The position numbers and the translations under genes are program-made. The notes under the pieces are model-generated. The model ran no database searches. It saw only the letters and a program-made list of their open reading frames with translations, and was not told the DNA's origin. Shown one piece after another: positions 36,713-47,552 of a stretch of 64,000 nucleotides of DNA (positions are counted from its first letter, which is position 1; the number at the start of each line of letters is the position of its first letter). Source of the stretch: a bacterium (GTDB lineage Bacteria; Omnitrophota; Gorgyraeia; Aquiviventales; Aquiviventaceae); assembly GCA_036396895.1 (NCBI GenBank), contig DASWKB010000008.1, forward strand, positions 1,796 through 65,795, read 5' to 3'.

Positions 36713-36742
36713 ACTATACCCTCGAAGCGCTAAGGTTGTCAA
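36713..36742 (-). promoter_or_regulatory. dcw-cluster promoter (Pmra-like)
   Basis: Minus strand reads TTGACA - 18 nt - TATAGT, with an A/T-rich tract (aaaaaaaagcttaaaattcgtgaattatc) immediately upstream. This is the only AT-rich patch in the neighbourhood. Confidence 0.7.
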
Positions 36743-36793
36743 GATAATTCACGAATTTTAAGCTTTTTTTTACGTCGCAACTGGCAGGAATCG

Positions 36794-37828
36794 CTAGCAG
36801 TTAGGCCAACGGACAGACTTCAGAAGACGCCGAGCGCGGCCCGCGTCGCGCCGGATCTGTTTCGCCAGCGCCTGGGGGCTGGGAAAGCACCGCTCTCCGC
36901 GGAGCCGGGCCAGCACCGCCACGGCCAACTCGCGTCCGTACAGGCTCCCGGAAAACCCGAACAGATGCACTTCGCACACCACGCGGCCCGCGCCGAACGT
37001 GGGCCTCACCCCGAAGTTCATGACCCCGCGCCAGGCGCGCCGCCAAGGCGTCGACGCGCTGGCGCGCCCGTCCGGACATGCGGCCATGACGGCGTAGACG
37101 CCTTCCGGAGGCACGATCTGCGGCGGCAGGGCCAGATTCGCCGTCCGGACGCCCACGCGGCGCCCGCCTCGCCCGCTGCCGCGGATCACCCGCCCGTACA
37201 GCATGGGGGGGCGACCCGACAATCGGGCCGCGGCGCTGAGCCGTCCCTCGCCGATCAGCGTCCGGATGCGGGAGCTGGACACGGGCCGCCCGCCGCGCAT
37301 GACCGGCGGGACCGCGATCACGCGCATGCCGGTCTTGAGCCCGGCGCGGGCCAACAGATCCGGATCGCCCGCCCCGCCGCGGCCGAAGGCGAATCCAACG
37401 CCTACCACCACGACGCGCGCCGCGAGCTGCTCGATCAGCACCTGCCGGATAAACTCGCGGGCGCTCAGCCCGGCGAAGGCTCGGGTGAACGGGATGACCC
37501 AGACGCGCTCGATACCCAGCGCGTGGAGGATGCGGCAGCGCACCGGAACGGGCATGAGCGCCAGCGGCGCGCGTTGCGGAGCGAGCACCTCGTGAGGATC
37601 GGGATCGAACGTCACGGCGACGCTGGTGCCGCCGATCGCGGCCGCGCGCGCCACCGTGTCCCGGATGAGACGCCGGTGGCCGACGTGCACTCCGTCGAAC
37701 ACGCCGACGGTCACGACCGCGCGGGGCGGCGGCGAGGAGAACGGAACGCGGCCTCGAACCAGCCAAGAAGGCCGGCGGCGCGCCTTGGCGGCGACGCCTT
37801 GGCGGCGCGCGCGGGCGGCATCACGCAT
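36794..37828 (-). CDS. ribF: Bifunctional riboflavin kinase / FMN adenylyltransferase
   Basis: VTVGVFDGVHVGHRRLI in the N-terminal part and a riboflavin kinase C-terminal half (GVMNFGVRPTF...VHLF). Overlaps the truB stop by 8 nt. Confidence 0.85.
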   Translation of the reverse strand: MRDAARARRQGVAAKARRRPSWLVRGRVPFSSPPPRAVVTVGVFDGVHVGHRRLIRDTVARAAAIGGTSVAVTFDPDPHEVLAPQRAPLALMPVPVRCRILHALGIERVWVIPFTRAFAGLSAREFIRQVLIEQLAARVVVVGVGFAFGRGGAGDPDLLARAGLKTGMRVIAVPPVMRGGRPVSSSRIRTLIGEGRLSAAARLSGRPPMLYGRVIRGSGRGGRRVGVRTANLALPPQIVPPEGVYAVMAACPDGRASASTPWRRAWRGVMNFGVRPTFGAGRVVCEVHLFGFSGSLYGRELAVAVLARLRGERCFPSPQALAKQIRRDAGRARRLLKSVRWPNC

Positions 37829-38528
37829 CGGCGCCGCCGTGGGGCGCGGGCTCGACGGGCCGGACCTGTCCGGCGACGGCGTCCGGCTCGGCCCCGCGAA
37901 TCCACTCGAGCGTCCGGGCCTCCTCGAGCCGCCAGTCGCCGATGGTGAGGCGCACCAGCGCGCCCAGATGGCCCGCGGTGCCGAGCCGCTCCGCGATGGA
38001 TTCGGCGAGCGTGCGCACGTAGGTCCCGGCCGAGCATCGCACCCGGAACCGGATCGTGTCGGGCCCGAACGAGAGCAGCGCGAGCTCCCGGATCTCGACC
38101 GCCCGCGCCGCCAGCGTGACGGGCCGCTGCTGCCGCGCCCACCAGTAGGCAGGCCGGCCCCGCACCTTGACCGCGCTGTAGGCCGGCGGCGTCTGCATCA
38201 GCCGGCCGCGGAACGGCTCGAAGGCCCGTTCGATCGCCGCCGTGTCGAGCGACGGCACGGGAGCCTCCCGCACGACCGCGCCGGAGGCGTCGCCCGTGTC
38301 CGTCTGGCGGCCGAGCCTGACCACGCCCTCGTAGGTCTTGTCGCGGCGCTGGCATTCGCGCTGGCTCTTGGTGGCTCCTCCGATGAGGAGCACGAGGAGC
38401 CCCTCGGCGTCGGGGTCCAGCGTGCCCGTGTGGCCGATCCGGCGGATGCGCAGCTTCCGGCGGACGAGTTGCACGACGTCGTGCGAGGTCAGACCGGCGG
38501 GCTTGTTGACGAGCAGGACTCCGTCCAT
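37821..38528 (-). CDS. truB: tRNA pseudouridine-55 synthase
   Basis: 235 aa. MDGVLLVNKPAGLTSHDVV..IGHTGTLDP. Confidence 0.9.
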   Translation of the reverse strand: MDGVLLVNKPAGLTSHDVVQLVRRKLRIRRIGHTGTLDPDAEGLLVLLIGGATKSQRECQRRDKTYEGVVRLGRQTDTGDASGAVVREAPVPSLDTAAIERAFEPFRGRLMQTPPAYSAVKVRGRPAYWWARQQRPVTLAARAVEIRELALLSFGPDTIRFRVRCSAGTYVRTLAESIAERLGTAGHLGALVRLTIGDWRLEEARTLEWIRGAEPDAVAGQVRPVEPAPHGGADA

Positions 38529-38903
38529 TCAGGCCGTTGCCGGCGGCTCCTCGTCGTGGGGCGGCGTCTCGTGAAGCCGCTCAAGCGTGTCCGACATGGC
38601 GATGGACGCCTCGATGGACGGATCGTAGAGAAAGACCAGTGCCGGAATGATCTTGAGTGTCAGCCGCTTCTTGATGAGCCCGCGGATGAACGGCGCGGAG
38701 TCATCCAGCGCCGCCTGGGACCGCGCCCGGTCCTCCTCTCCGCCGAGGCAGCTGTAGGACACTTTGGCGTGGGAGAGGTCGTTCGAGAGCTTCACCCACG
38801 TCACCGTCACGAACCCGAGACGAGGATCTTTCACCTCTCGATGGATGATCATGGCGATTTCCTGGCGCAGCTGCTGCGCCAGCCGTACGGCCCGGATGCC
38901 CAT
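38529..38903 (-). CDS. rbfA: Ribosome-binding factor A
   Basis: 124 aa. RLAQQLRQEIAMIIHREVKDPRLGFVTVTWVKLSNDLSHAKV. Confidence 0.9.
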   Translation of the reverse strand: MGIRAVRLAQQLRQEIAMIIHREVKDPRLGFVTVTWVKLSNDLSHAKVSYSCLGGEEDRARSQAALDDSAPFIRGLIKKRLTLKIIPALVFLYDPSIEASIAMSDTLERLHETPPHDEEPPATA

Positions 38904-38907
38904 GAGA

Positions 38908-39189
38908 TTACCAGCACTCCTGTTCGACCGTGATCAGGACAATCCCGCGGCCCATCCGGGCCCAGTCCGTCACCTGGCGCAGCGTCGCTTCCACTCGCGC
39001 TGCGTTGTCGCCGACCGTTGAGACGGCCACGGTCGCGCGCTGCCACTTGTCGTTCGCGTCCACTTCCGCGACGGCCACGTTGAACCGGCTGCGCATCTGC
39101 TCCTTGAGCCGCGTCACGGCCGAGCGCTTGTCTTTGAGCGACTGCGCCTCCGGCACGTGGAGTTCAAGGCGGAGCGCCCCGACGATCAT
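38908..39189 (-). CDS. DUF503 (YlxP-like) protein
   Basis: Start at MIVGALRLELHVPEAQSLKDKRSAV (ATG at 39189; ATGA overlap with the upstream stop). 93 aa. The 277-aa track ORF is an artefactual extension. Confidence 0.75.
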   Translation of the reverse strand: MIVGALRLELHVPEAQSLKDKRSAVTRLKEQMRSRFNVAVAEVDANDKWQRATVAVSTVGDNAARVEATLRQVTDWARMGRGIVLITVEQECW

Positions 39190-39980
39190 CGCGGAGCCGC
39201 CAGCAGTTCCGCCAGCGCGCGGTAACACGCGCGCGGGCGCGGCTCTTCCGCCATGCGCAGGATCTCCCGTTGGATCCGCCCGGCGTTCAGCCGGCCGAGC
39301 CAGCCGGCCCGGAGCGCGCCGTCGAGCGCCCGCCTGGTGGCGGGGGCCCAGCGCAGTCCGAACCGCGCGGCGAACCGGACGCCGCGCAGGATCCGGCTGG
39401 GATCGTCGCGAAAGCTGGCCGCGTGCAGAATTCGCAGCCAGCGCCCGCGCAGATCCCGGAACCCTCCGAACGGATCGGCCATCAGCCCGAATCTGTCCGG
39501 GTGCAGGGCCAGCGCCATGGCGTTGATCGTGAAATCCCGGCGCCGGAGATCGTCCGCCAGCGTGCCCGGCGACACCTGCGGGTAGGCCGCGACGTCGGTA
39601 TAGCGCTCCCGCCGGCAGCTCGCGAAATCCACGCGGGCGCCGCCCACCAGCACCGTCGCCGTGCCGAACTGCGCGTGGATCTCCACGGGCGCCTGCAGGT
39701 CCTCCGCCGACGCGGCTGCCAGCTCGAGGCCGCGGCGCCACGGCCCGTCCGCCTGCTCCGAACGCCCAGCGGGATGCACCGTCACGTCAAGATCGCGCAG
39801 CCCCCGCGGCCCGCGGACGGCGATCCCCGCGTCTGTCAGGCACCAGTCCCTGACGCAGCCGCCCACGGCGTACGCCTCCAGCCCCCGCGCCGCCCCGAGC
39901 GCGCCGATGCGAGCGAGGATCTTCCCGACGGACGCCGGGACGCTCGCGCGCACACGTGGGGACGCCGGAGAACGTGCCAT
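39186..39980 (-). CDS. Short poly(A) polymerase / CCA-adding-enzyme family nucleotidyltransferase (head and neck domains only)
   Basis: Start at MARSPASPRVRA (ATG at 39980). AYAVGGCVRDWCL, DLDVTV and RRDFTINAMAL are present. About 264 aa, with no HD or tail domain. Confidence 0.7.
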   Translation of the reverse strand: MARSPASPRVRASVPASVGKILARIGALGAARGLEAYAVGGCVRDWCLTDAGIAVRGPRGLRDLDVTVHPAGRSEQADGPWRRGLELAAASAEDLQAPVEIHAQFGTATVLVGGARVDFASCRRERYTDVAAYPQVSPGTLADDLRRRDFTINAMALALHPDRFGLMADPFGGFRDLRGRWLRILHAASFRDDPSRILRGVRFAARFGLRWAPATRRALDGALRAGWLGRLNAGRIQREILRMAEEPRPRACYRALAELLAAPR

Positions 39981-40030
39981 CAACTCGTCTTCATCATAGC
40001 AAAGTTTCAGCGCCCGCGCGGCCCGATGTT

Positions 40031-40269
40031 CCGTCGGATTCGGGGCCTGGGGCACGGGGCGTGGGCCGTGTCGTGGGAGAGCTTGGATATGATCATGAAC
40101 CGTCCACCTTCTGCCATCAACCTTCTCCCCTGTAGGTACTTCCATCTTCCATCCTCTACCTTCTATCTTCTCTATGATGTCATGGTCATCTCCACGCCGT
40201 GCTCCGGAGCGAACGAAGTGAGCGGAGTCCTGAGCGAAGTCGAAGGGCGTGCCCCGTTCCCCGTGCCCC
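40031..40269. repeat. Mosaic element with GGGGCAC words, a CTTCYAT array and the conserved GAGCGAA core
   Basis: 40160-40269 aligns by eye at roughly 90% to 12338-12449. Confidence 0.85.
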
Positions 40270-40282
40270 GATCAAGCGTGCA

Positions 40283-41165
40283 TTACGGGCGGGGATGGAA
40301 CTGCTCGTGGACGGCTTTGAGGCGGGCGCGGTCGACGTGCGTGTAGCGTTGCGTCGTGCTGATATTCGCGTGCCCCAAGAGCTCCTGCACGGTCCGGAGG
40401 TCCGCGCCCCGCTCCAACAGATGCGTCGCGAACGAATGGCGCAGCGTGTGCGGCCCGATCGTTTTGCCGATCAACCCGGCGCGCGCGTAGCGGCGCAGCA
40501 GCTGAAACACCCGCTGCCGGGTCAGCCGCCGCCCGTAGCGGTTGACGAACACGGCCGGTTCGTTCGGCTTCCCGTCCACGAGGGCCGGACGCTGATGCCC
40601 GAGATACCGCTCGAGGACCGTCGTGGCCTGCCGTCCGAGCGGGACGATGCGCTCCTTGTTCCCCTTCCCGATGCAGCGGAGGAACCCGCCTTCGAGATTC
40701 AGGCTCGCCAGATTGAGCGACACCAGCTCCGAGACTCGAAGGCCCGTGCCGTAGAGCAGCTCGAGCATCGCCAGATCCCGCCCGCCGAGCCCATCGGCGT
40801 CGACGGCCGCGAGCATCCGCTCGACCTCGTCGAGGCGCAGCGTCTGGGGCAGCTTCCGCCAGGCCTTGGGCGTCTCGATGAATGCCGTCGGGTTGGCGTC
40901 GATCAGGCGCTCGCCTTCCAGGTACTTGTACAGCCCGCGCAAGGCGGCCAGCCGCCGCGCGACGGTGGTCGGGCCGTTGGCGGCCCCGCGGAGCGACCGG
41001 AGGAATTCCCGGACGTGCGTTTGCCGCGCGCCGCTAGGCGCACGCACGCCCGTCCGCGCCAGATAGGCCGAAAACAGCGTCAAATCCCGCTGATACGTGC
41101 TGAGCGTGGCGCTGCTCAGCCCCCGTTCCAGGCGCAGATAGGCGAGGTACGAATCGATCTGGGGG

Positions 41166-41169
<4 letters not shown>
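40283..41169 (-). CDS. xerD: XerD/XerC-type tyrosine recombinase with an unresolved start (apparent 1-nt frame problem in a C5 run)
   Basis: The body contains ...HTLRHSFATHLLERGADLRTVQELLGHANISTTQRYTH. The conserved N-terminus PQIDSYLAYLRLERGLSSATLSTYQRDL lies in frame upstream of the track TTG start (41083). It has no ATG, GTG or TTG of its own. The ATGA-coupled ATG at 41169 is one base out of frame. Confidence 0.8.
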
Positions 41170-44502
<3,333 letters not shown>

Positions 44503-44529
44503 GACCCGCGGTCCGACGGCGGAGGGAGG

Positions 44530-44838
44530 TCAATAGTAGCGGATGGAGAAGTCGTTGAATGTGCCGGTCGCGGCGCTCCAGGTCGCATCGATCTGCCCGA
44601 TGAAGTTCTTCATCGGCCCGGTCCGCACCGCTTCGAGGAACCGCTCGAGGCGCTCCTGCGGAGCTTCCGCGACCAGTTCCACCCGCCCGTCCCGGAGATT
44701 CCGCACCCAGCCGACGACCTCCAGGGTCTGCGCGATCTCCTCGACCGTGATGCGGAACCCGACTCCCTGCACGCGGCCCGTATAAAACACATGGACCCGC
44801 TTCGCGTCATGCCTGGGCCCCTTGGTGCTGATCCGCAT
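44530..44838 (-). CDS. Acylphosphatase
   Basis: Start at MRISTKGPRHDAKRVHVFYTGRVQGVGFR...GWVRNLRDGRVE (ATG at 44838). Confidence 0.8.
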   Translation of the reverse strand: MRISTKGPRHDAKRVHVFYTGRVQGVGFRITVEEIAQTLEVVGWVRNLRDGRVELVAEAPQERLERFLEAVRTGPMKNFIGQIDATWSAATGTFNDFSIRYY

Positions 44839-45112
44839 TCTTACGCGGTCCGCGTCGCGTTCAGGAGCGGACACCGGATTCCCTCGGAGACGCCCCATTC
44901 GGAAGGCATGCCCCCGTTCGCACCGGAGAATCTGGGGATCTGTGCATGAGCGAACTCGCGATCGATCGTGACGTGCGCCGCGTCGTCGCCTGCGCGCCGG
45001 CGAGCAGTATCCCGTATCCTGTCAACTATGCAATGGCCGTGATGGTCTATCCGGTTCGTTCCTGACATGACACATCGCACATGGCACAGTGGCGCGACGC
45101 AACACACGTGAC

Positions 45113-45218
45113 GGGTCGGGGAGGTGGGATGTGAACCCACGACCTCCGATTTCTGAGAACAACCAATGCCGCGCAACGTGCAACGCGGAACGCGGAACGT
45201 GCGATCGTACCACTCCTA
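45113..45218 (-). pseudogene. Decayed tRNA-Pro-derived relic
   Basis: 45115-45146 matches the 3-prime acceptor and T-arm of the adjacent tRNA-Pro at 31 of 32 nt. The AGGAGTGG remnant of the 5-prime end is at about 45211-45218. The D and anticodon arms are replaced by ACGCG-word repeat sequence. Confidence 0.55.
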
Positions 45219-45258
45219 AGTTCATCACGTTACGCGTTACGCGTTTCGCGTGACACGT
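45171..45258. repeat. ACGCGKW heptamer-word hairpin
   Basis: gcgcaacgtgcaacgcggaacgcggaacgtgcg ... cacgttacgcgttacgcgtttcgcgtgacacg. The same words occur at 18672-18710. Confidence 0.75.
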
Positions 45259-45261
45259 CGT

Positions 45262-45339
45262 TGGTCGGGGAGGTGGGATTTGAACCCACGACCTCTTGGT
45301 CCCGAACCAAGCGCTCTAGCCAAGCTGAGCCACTCCCCG
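45262..45339 (-). tRNA. tRNA-Pro (anticodon CGG) with encoded CCA
   Basis: Reverse complement: CGGGGAGTGGCTCAGCTTGGCTAGAGCGCTTGGTTCGGGACCAAGAGGTCGTGGGTTCAAATCCCACCTCCCCGACCA. Anticodon stem CTTGG/CCAAG with loop TTCGGGA. Confidence 0.9.
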
Positions 45340-45353
45340 TCGTCTTGCCCCTG

Positions 45354-45398
45354 AAGGAGTGGCGAAGTCCTGAGCCTGTCGAAGGGCTGAGCCACTCC
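45354..45398. repeat. Hairpin upstream of tRNA-Pro whose 3-prime arm duplicates the tRNA 5-prime end and whose loop resembles the GAGCGAA core
   Basis: ggagtggc-gaagtcctgagcctgtcgaaggg-ctgagccactcc. Compare the tRNA 5-prime region gctgagccactcc at 45324-45336. Confidence 0.6.
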
Positions 45399-45463
45399 CT
45401 GAGAAATCAGTGAAATACTTTCGCTTCATGCGTGAAACGTGGAAGTTAGTTTAGCACAAATGG

Positions 45464-45490
45464 TTGGCGAATCCAAGATTATGGTATACT
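45464..45490 (+). promoter_or_regulatory. Candidate promoter of the plus-strand TPR / pilin-fusion operon
   Basis: TTGGCG - 15 nt - TATACT, with an extended -10 (TGgTATACT). The SD GAGGAG lies 5 nt before the ATG at 45519. Confidence 0.4.
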
Positions 45491-45518
45491 CGGCTTTGAG
45501 CACACATGAGGAGTGCCG

Positions 45519-46394
45519 ATGCTGCAATTGCTTGGCATACTGTTGGTTATCGCAGGCTGGATGGCCCCGGCCACCGCGGAAACTCCGAGCGCCGCGCTCG
45601 AGCGCGGAGGCGTGCTGAGAGCCGGGTGGGAGGCCTATCAGCGCGGGGATTTCCCCTCCGCGGCGTCCGCCTACCGGAAGGCGCTCGAATCCGACGCGGG
45701 TAATCCCGTCCTGTGGTACAACCTGGGATGCCTTGAGGCGCTCGGCGGCAATCTCGACGAGGCGGAAACGGCGCTCGAGCGAGCGCTGAGCGCGGATCCC
45801 CGAGTCGCCGGCGCGCATGACGCGCTGGGGCAAATCGCGGAGCTCCGCGGGAACCGGTCCGCCGCGCGGACGCGCTATGCCGAGGCCGACCGGCTCAAAC
45901 CCGGCACTCCCGCTTTCCTCAGCCATCTGCTGCGCGTCGATCTGACGGTGTCAGAGCCCGGCGCGCTCAGGGATACGGCCTCCCGCCTGCTCGCCGTGGC
46001 GCCGGATCACGCCGACGCGCGCCTCGCGCTCGGCGTCGCGCATCTGAAACTCGAGGCCCCGGACCTGGCGATTCACGAGCTGCGCCGGGCCCTTGAATTG
46101 AATCCTGAGGCGACGACGGCCTGGAACGCGCTGGCGCTGGCCTACGCGCAGACGGGCGAGTTCGACGCGGCCCGCGAGGCGATGGCGAAGGCCCGCGCCG
46201 GCTCCCCCGATGACGCCGGCACGCTGACCAATGCCGGCGTCGTCGAAGCCTACCAGCAGCGCTGGGACGACGCGCGGCGCGCATGGGAAGCCGCGCTGGC
46301 CGCCCGGCCGGGATTCGCCCCTGCCCGGCAGAACCTCGAGGCGCTGGACACGCTGCTATCGGCGGAATCCTCGGGCGGGGAGGGCAACCCATGA
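45519..46394 (+). CDS. Secreted TPR-repeat protein
   Basis: MLQLLGILLVIAGWMAPATA signal peptide, followed by several TPR-like units (..AYRKALESDAGNPVLWYNLG.., ..ALELNPEATTAWNALALAY..). The track GTG start is at 45513. Confidence 0.75.
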   Translation: MLQLLGILLVIAGWMAPATAETPSAALERGGVLRAGWEAYQRGDFPSAASAYRKALESDAGNPVLWYNLGCLEALGGNLDEAETALERALSADPRVAGAHDALGQIAELRGNRSAARTRYAEADRLKPGTPAFLSHLLRVDLTVSEPGALRDTASRLLAVAPDHADARLALGVAHLKLEAPDLAIHELRRALELNPEATTAWNALALAYAQTGEFDAAREAMAKARAGSPDDAGTLTNAGVVEAYQQRWDDARRAWEAALAARPGFAPARQNLEALDTLLSAESSGGEGNP

Positions 46395-47542
46395 GTCTTT
46401 CCCGCGCGCGTAGCCGGGCGTTTACGCTGCTTGAGCTCCTGCTGGTCGTGGTCATTGTGGGCACGCTCGCGGCCATCGCCTTGCCCATGTACCGCAAGTC
46501 GGCGGAGTACTCGCGAGCGACGGAAGCCCTCTCCACCATGGCGAAGATCCGGCAGGGCGAGATCGTCCACCGGTCGGTCCATGGGACGTTCGTCGATGCC
46601 GTCGGCATCCCGGAGATCAACGCGGCGCTGGATCTCGAGCTCAGCGCGAACTACTTCGACTATGCAATCGACGCCGCGGACGATGAGCAGTTCCTCATCC
46701 TGGCCACGAGCCGGACCGCCGGCAGCCCGCTCGGCACCGGAAGCCGCCTGCGCATCTCGATGGATCAGGCGGGCCGCATCGATTTCCTCCAGCCGGGAGG
46801 AGGAGGCGGCGGCGGCGGAGGCGGAGGCGGATTCGGCGGAGGCGGAAGCGGCGGCGGAGGCGGCGGAATCGGCGTGGGGCCCGACCCGGGTACCGGCGGA
46901 GGCGGCACGATCACCGAGCCGCCGGAACCGATCACGGGCGTGTCGCCCCTGGCATCGCTGTCCTATATCCTTCCCGGCGCCGACATCTGGACGAATTGGC
47001 CCGATGTCACTCAGATCAACATTACCGGCACGGTCGGCACCGCAACGCTGGCGGCGGCGTTTGACATCGTGGCGAGCCTGACGCCGTTCAACATGATCAC
47101 CGACGCGCTCTATGCCAAGGGCATTCCGATTTCATTCGGGGACGCCTCTGATTTCACCGGACCGACGGAGAACGCGATCGCCTTCTTCGCGCCGGAAGGC
47201 ATCGCCAACGTGCCGAACACGCCGGTCCCGACGCCCTACATCAAGTTCAATCCGGCCTATCTCAGCGAAGATCCCGTCACGCTCGCGGCGGTCCTCGTCC
47301 ATGAGGGCACGCATTTCCAGCAGATGCTCGACGGCGCGCTGATCGAGTATCTGCTCGGGGACCTGACGATCGTCGACGTGGAGTTCCGCGCCTGGTGGAA
47401 CGAGGCGGCGTTCTGGCAGGAAGTCCGCCTCTCCCAGGTCCCGTTCGATACGGCCCTGGAGCAGGAAGTCGAGTTCGCCTACCAGACGGCGCTCCAGGGC
47501 GAGCAGGCCATGCGCGACCTGATCACGCAGCTGTACACCTGA
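46391..47542 (+). CDS. Type IV pilin-like protein fused via a poly-Gly linker to a C-terminal HExxH (putative zinc metallopeptidase-like) domain
   Basis: ATG at 46391 overlaps the TPR-gene stop (ATGA). Prepilin motif MSLSRARSRA/FTLLELLLVVVIVGTLAAIALPMY. A pilin globular part of about 130 aa is followed by the linker GGGGGGGGGGGFGGGGSGGGGGGIGVGPDPGTGGGG. The C-terminal domain of about 215 aa contains VLVHEGTHFQQM. Confidence 0.75.
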   Translation: MSLSRARSRAFTLLELLLVVVIVGTLAAIALPMYRKSAEYSRATEALSTMAKIRQGEIVHRSVHGTFVDAVGIPEINAALDLELSANYFDYAIDAADDEQFLILATSRTAGSPLGTGSRLRISMDQAGRIDFLQPGGGGGGGGGGGGFGGGGSGGGGGGIGVGPDPGTGGGGTITEPPEPITGVSPLASLSYILPGADIWTNWPDVTQINITGTVGTATLAAAFDIVASLTPFNMITDALYAKGIPISFGDASDFTGPTENAIAFFAPEGIANVPNTPVPTPYIKFNPAYLSEDPVTLAAVLVHEGTHFQQMLDGALIEYLLGDLTIVDVEFRAWWNEAAFWQEVRLSQVPFDTALEQEVEFAYQTALQGEQAMRDLITQLYT

Positions 47543-47552
47543 GGGCCCCGCG

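Noticed and set aside
44946-45068. 40-codon plus-strand ORF (MSELAIDRDVRRVVACAPASSIPYPVNYAMAVMVYPVRS) between the acylphosphatase gene and the tRNA relic.
   Set aside because: It has no SD sequence and no recognisable motif, it is too short to judge, and it lies in a region of decayed sequence.
45113-45218. A second functional tRNA next to tRNA-Pro.
   Set aside because: The acceptor 5-prime strand, the D-arm and the anticodon stem cannot be formed. Only the T-arm and the 3-prime acceptor are intact.
46283-46390. The upstream start of the pilin-fusion ORF (419-aa version).
   Set aside because: It would overlap the end of the TPR gene by 112 nt and bury the prepilin leader 36 residues inside the protein. 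The ATG at 46391 gives a normal short leader and an ATGA junction.
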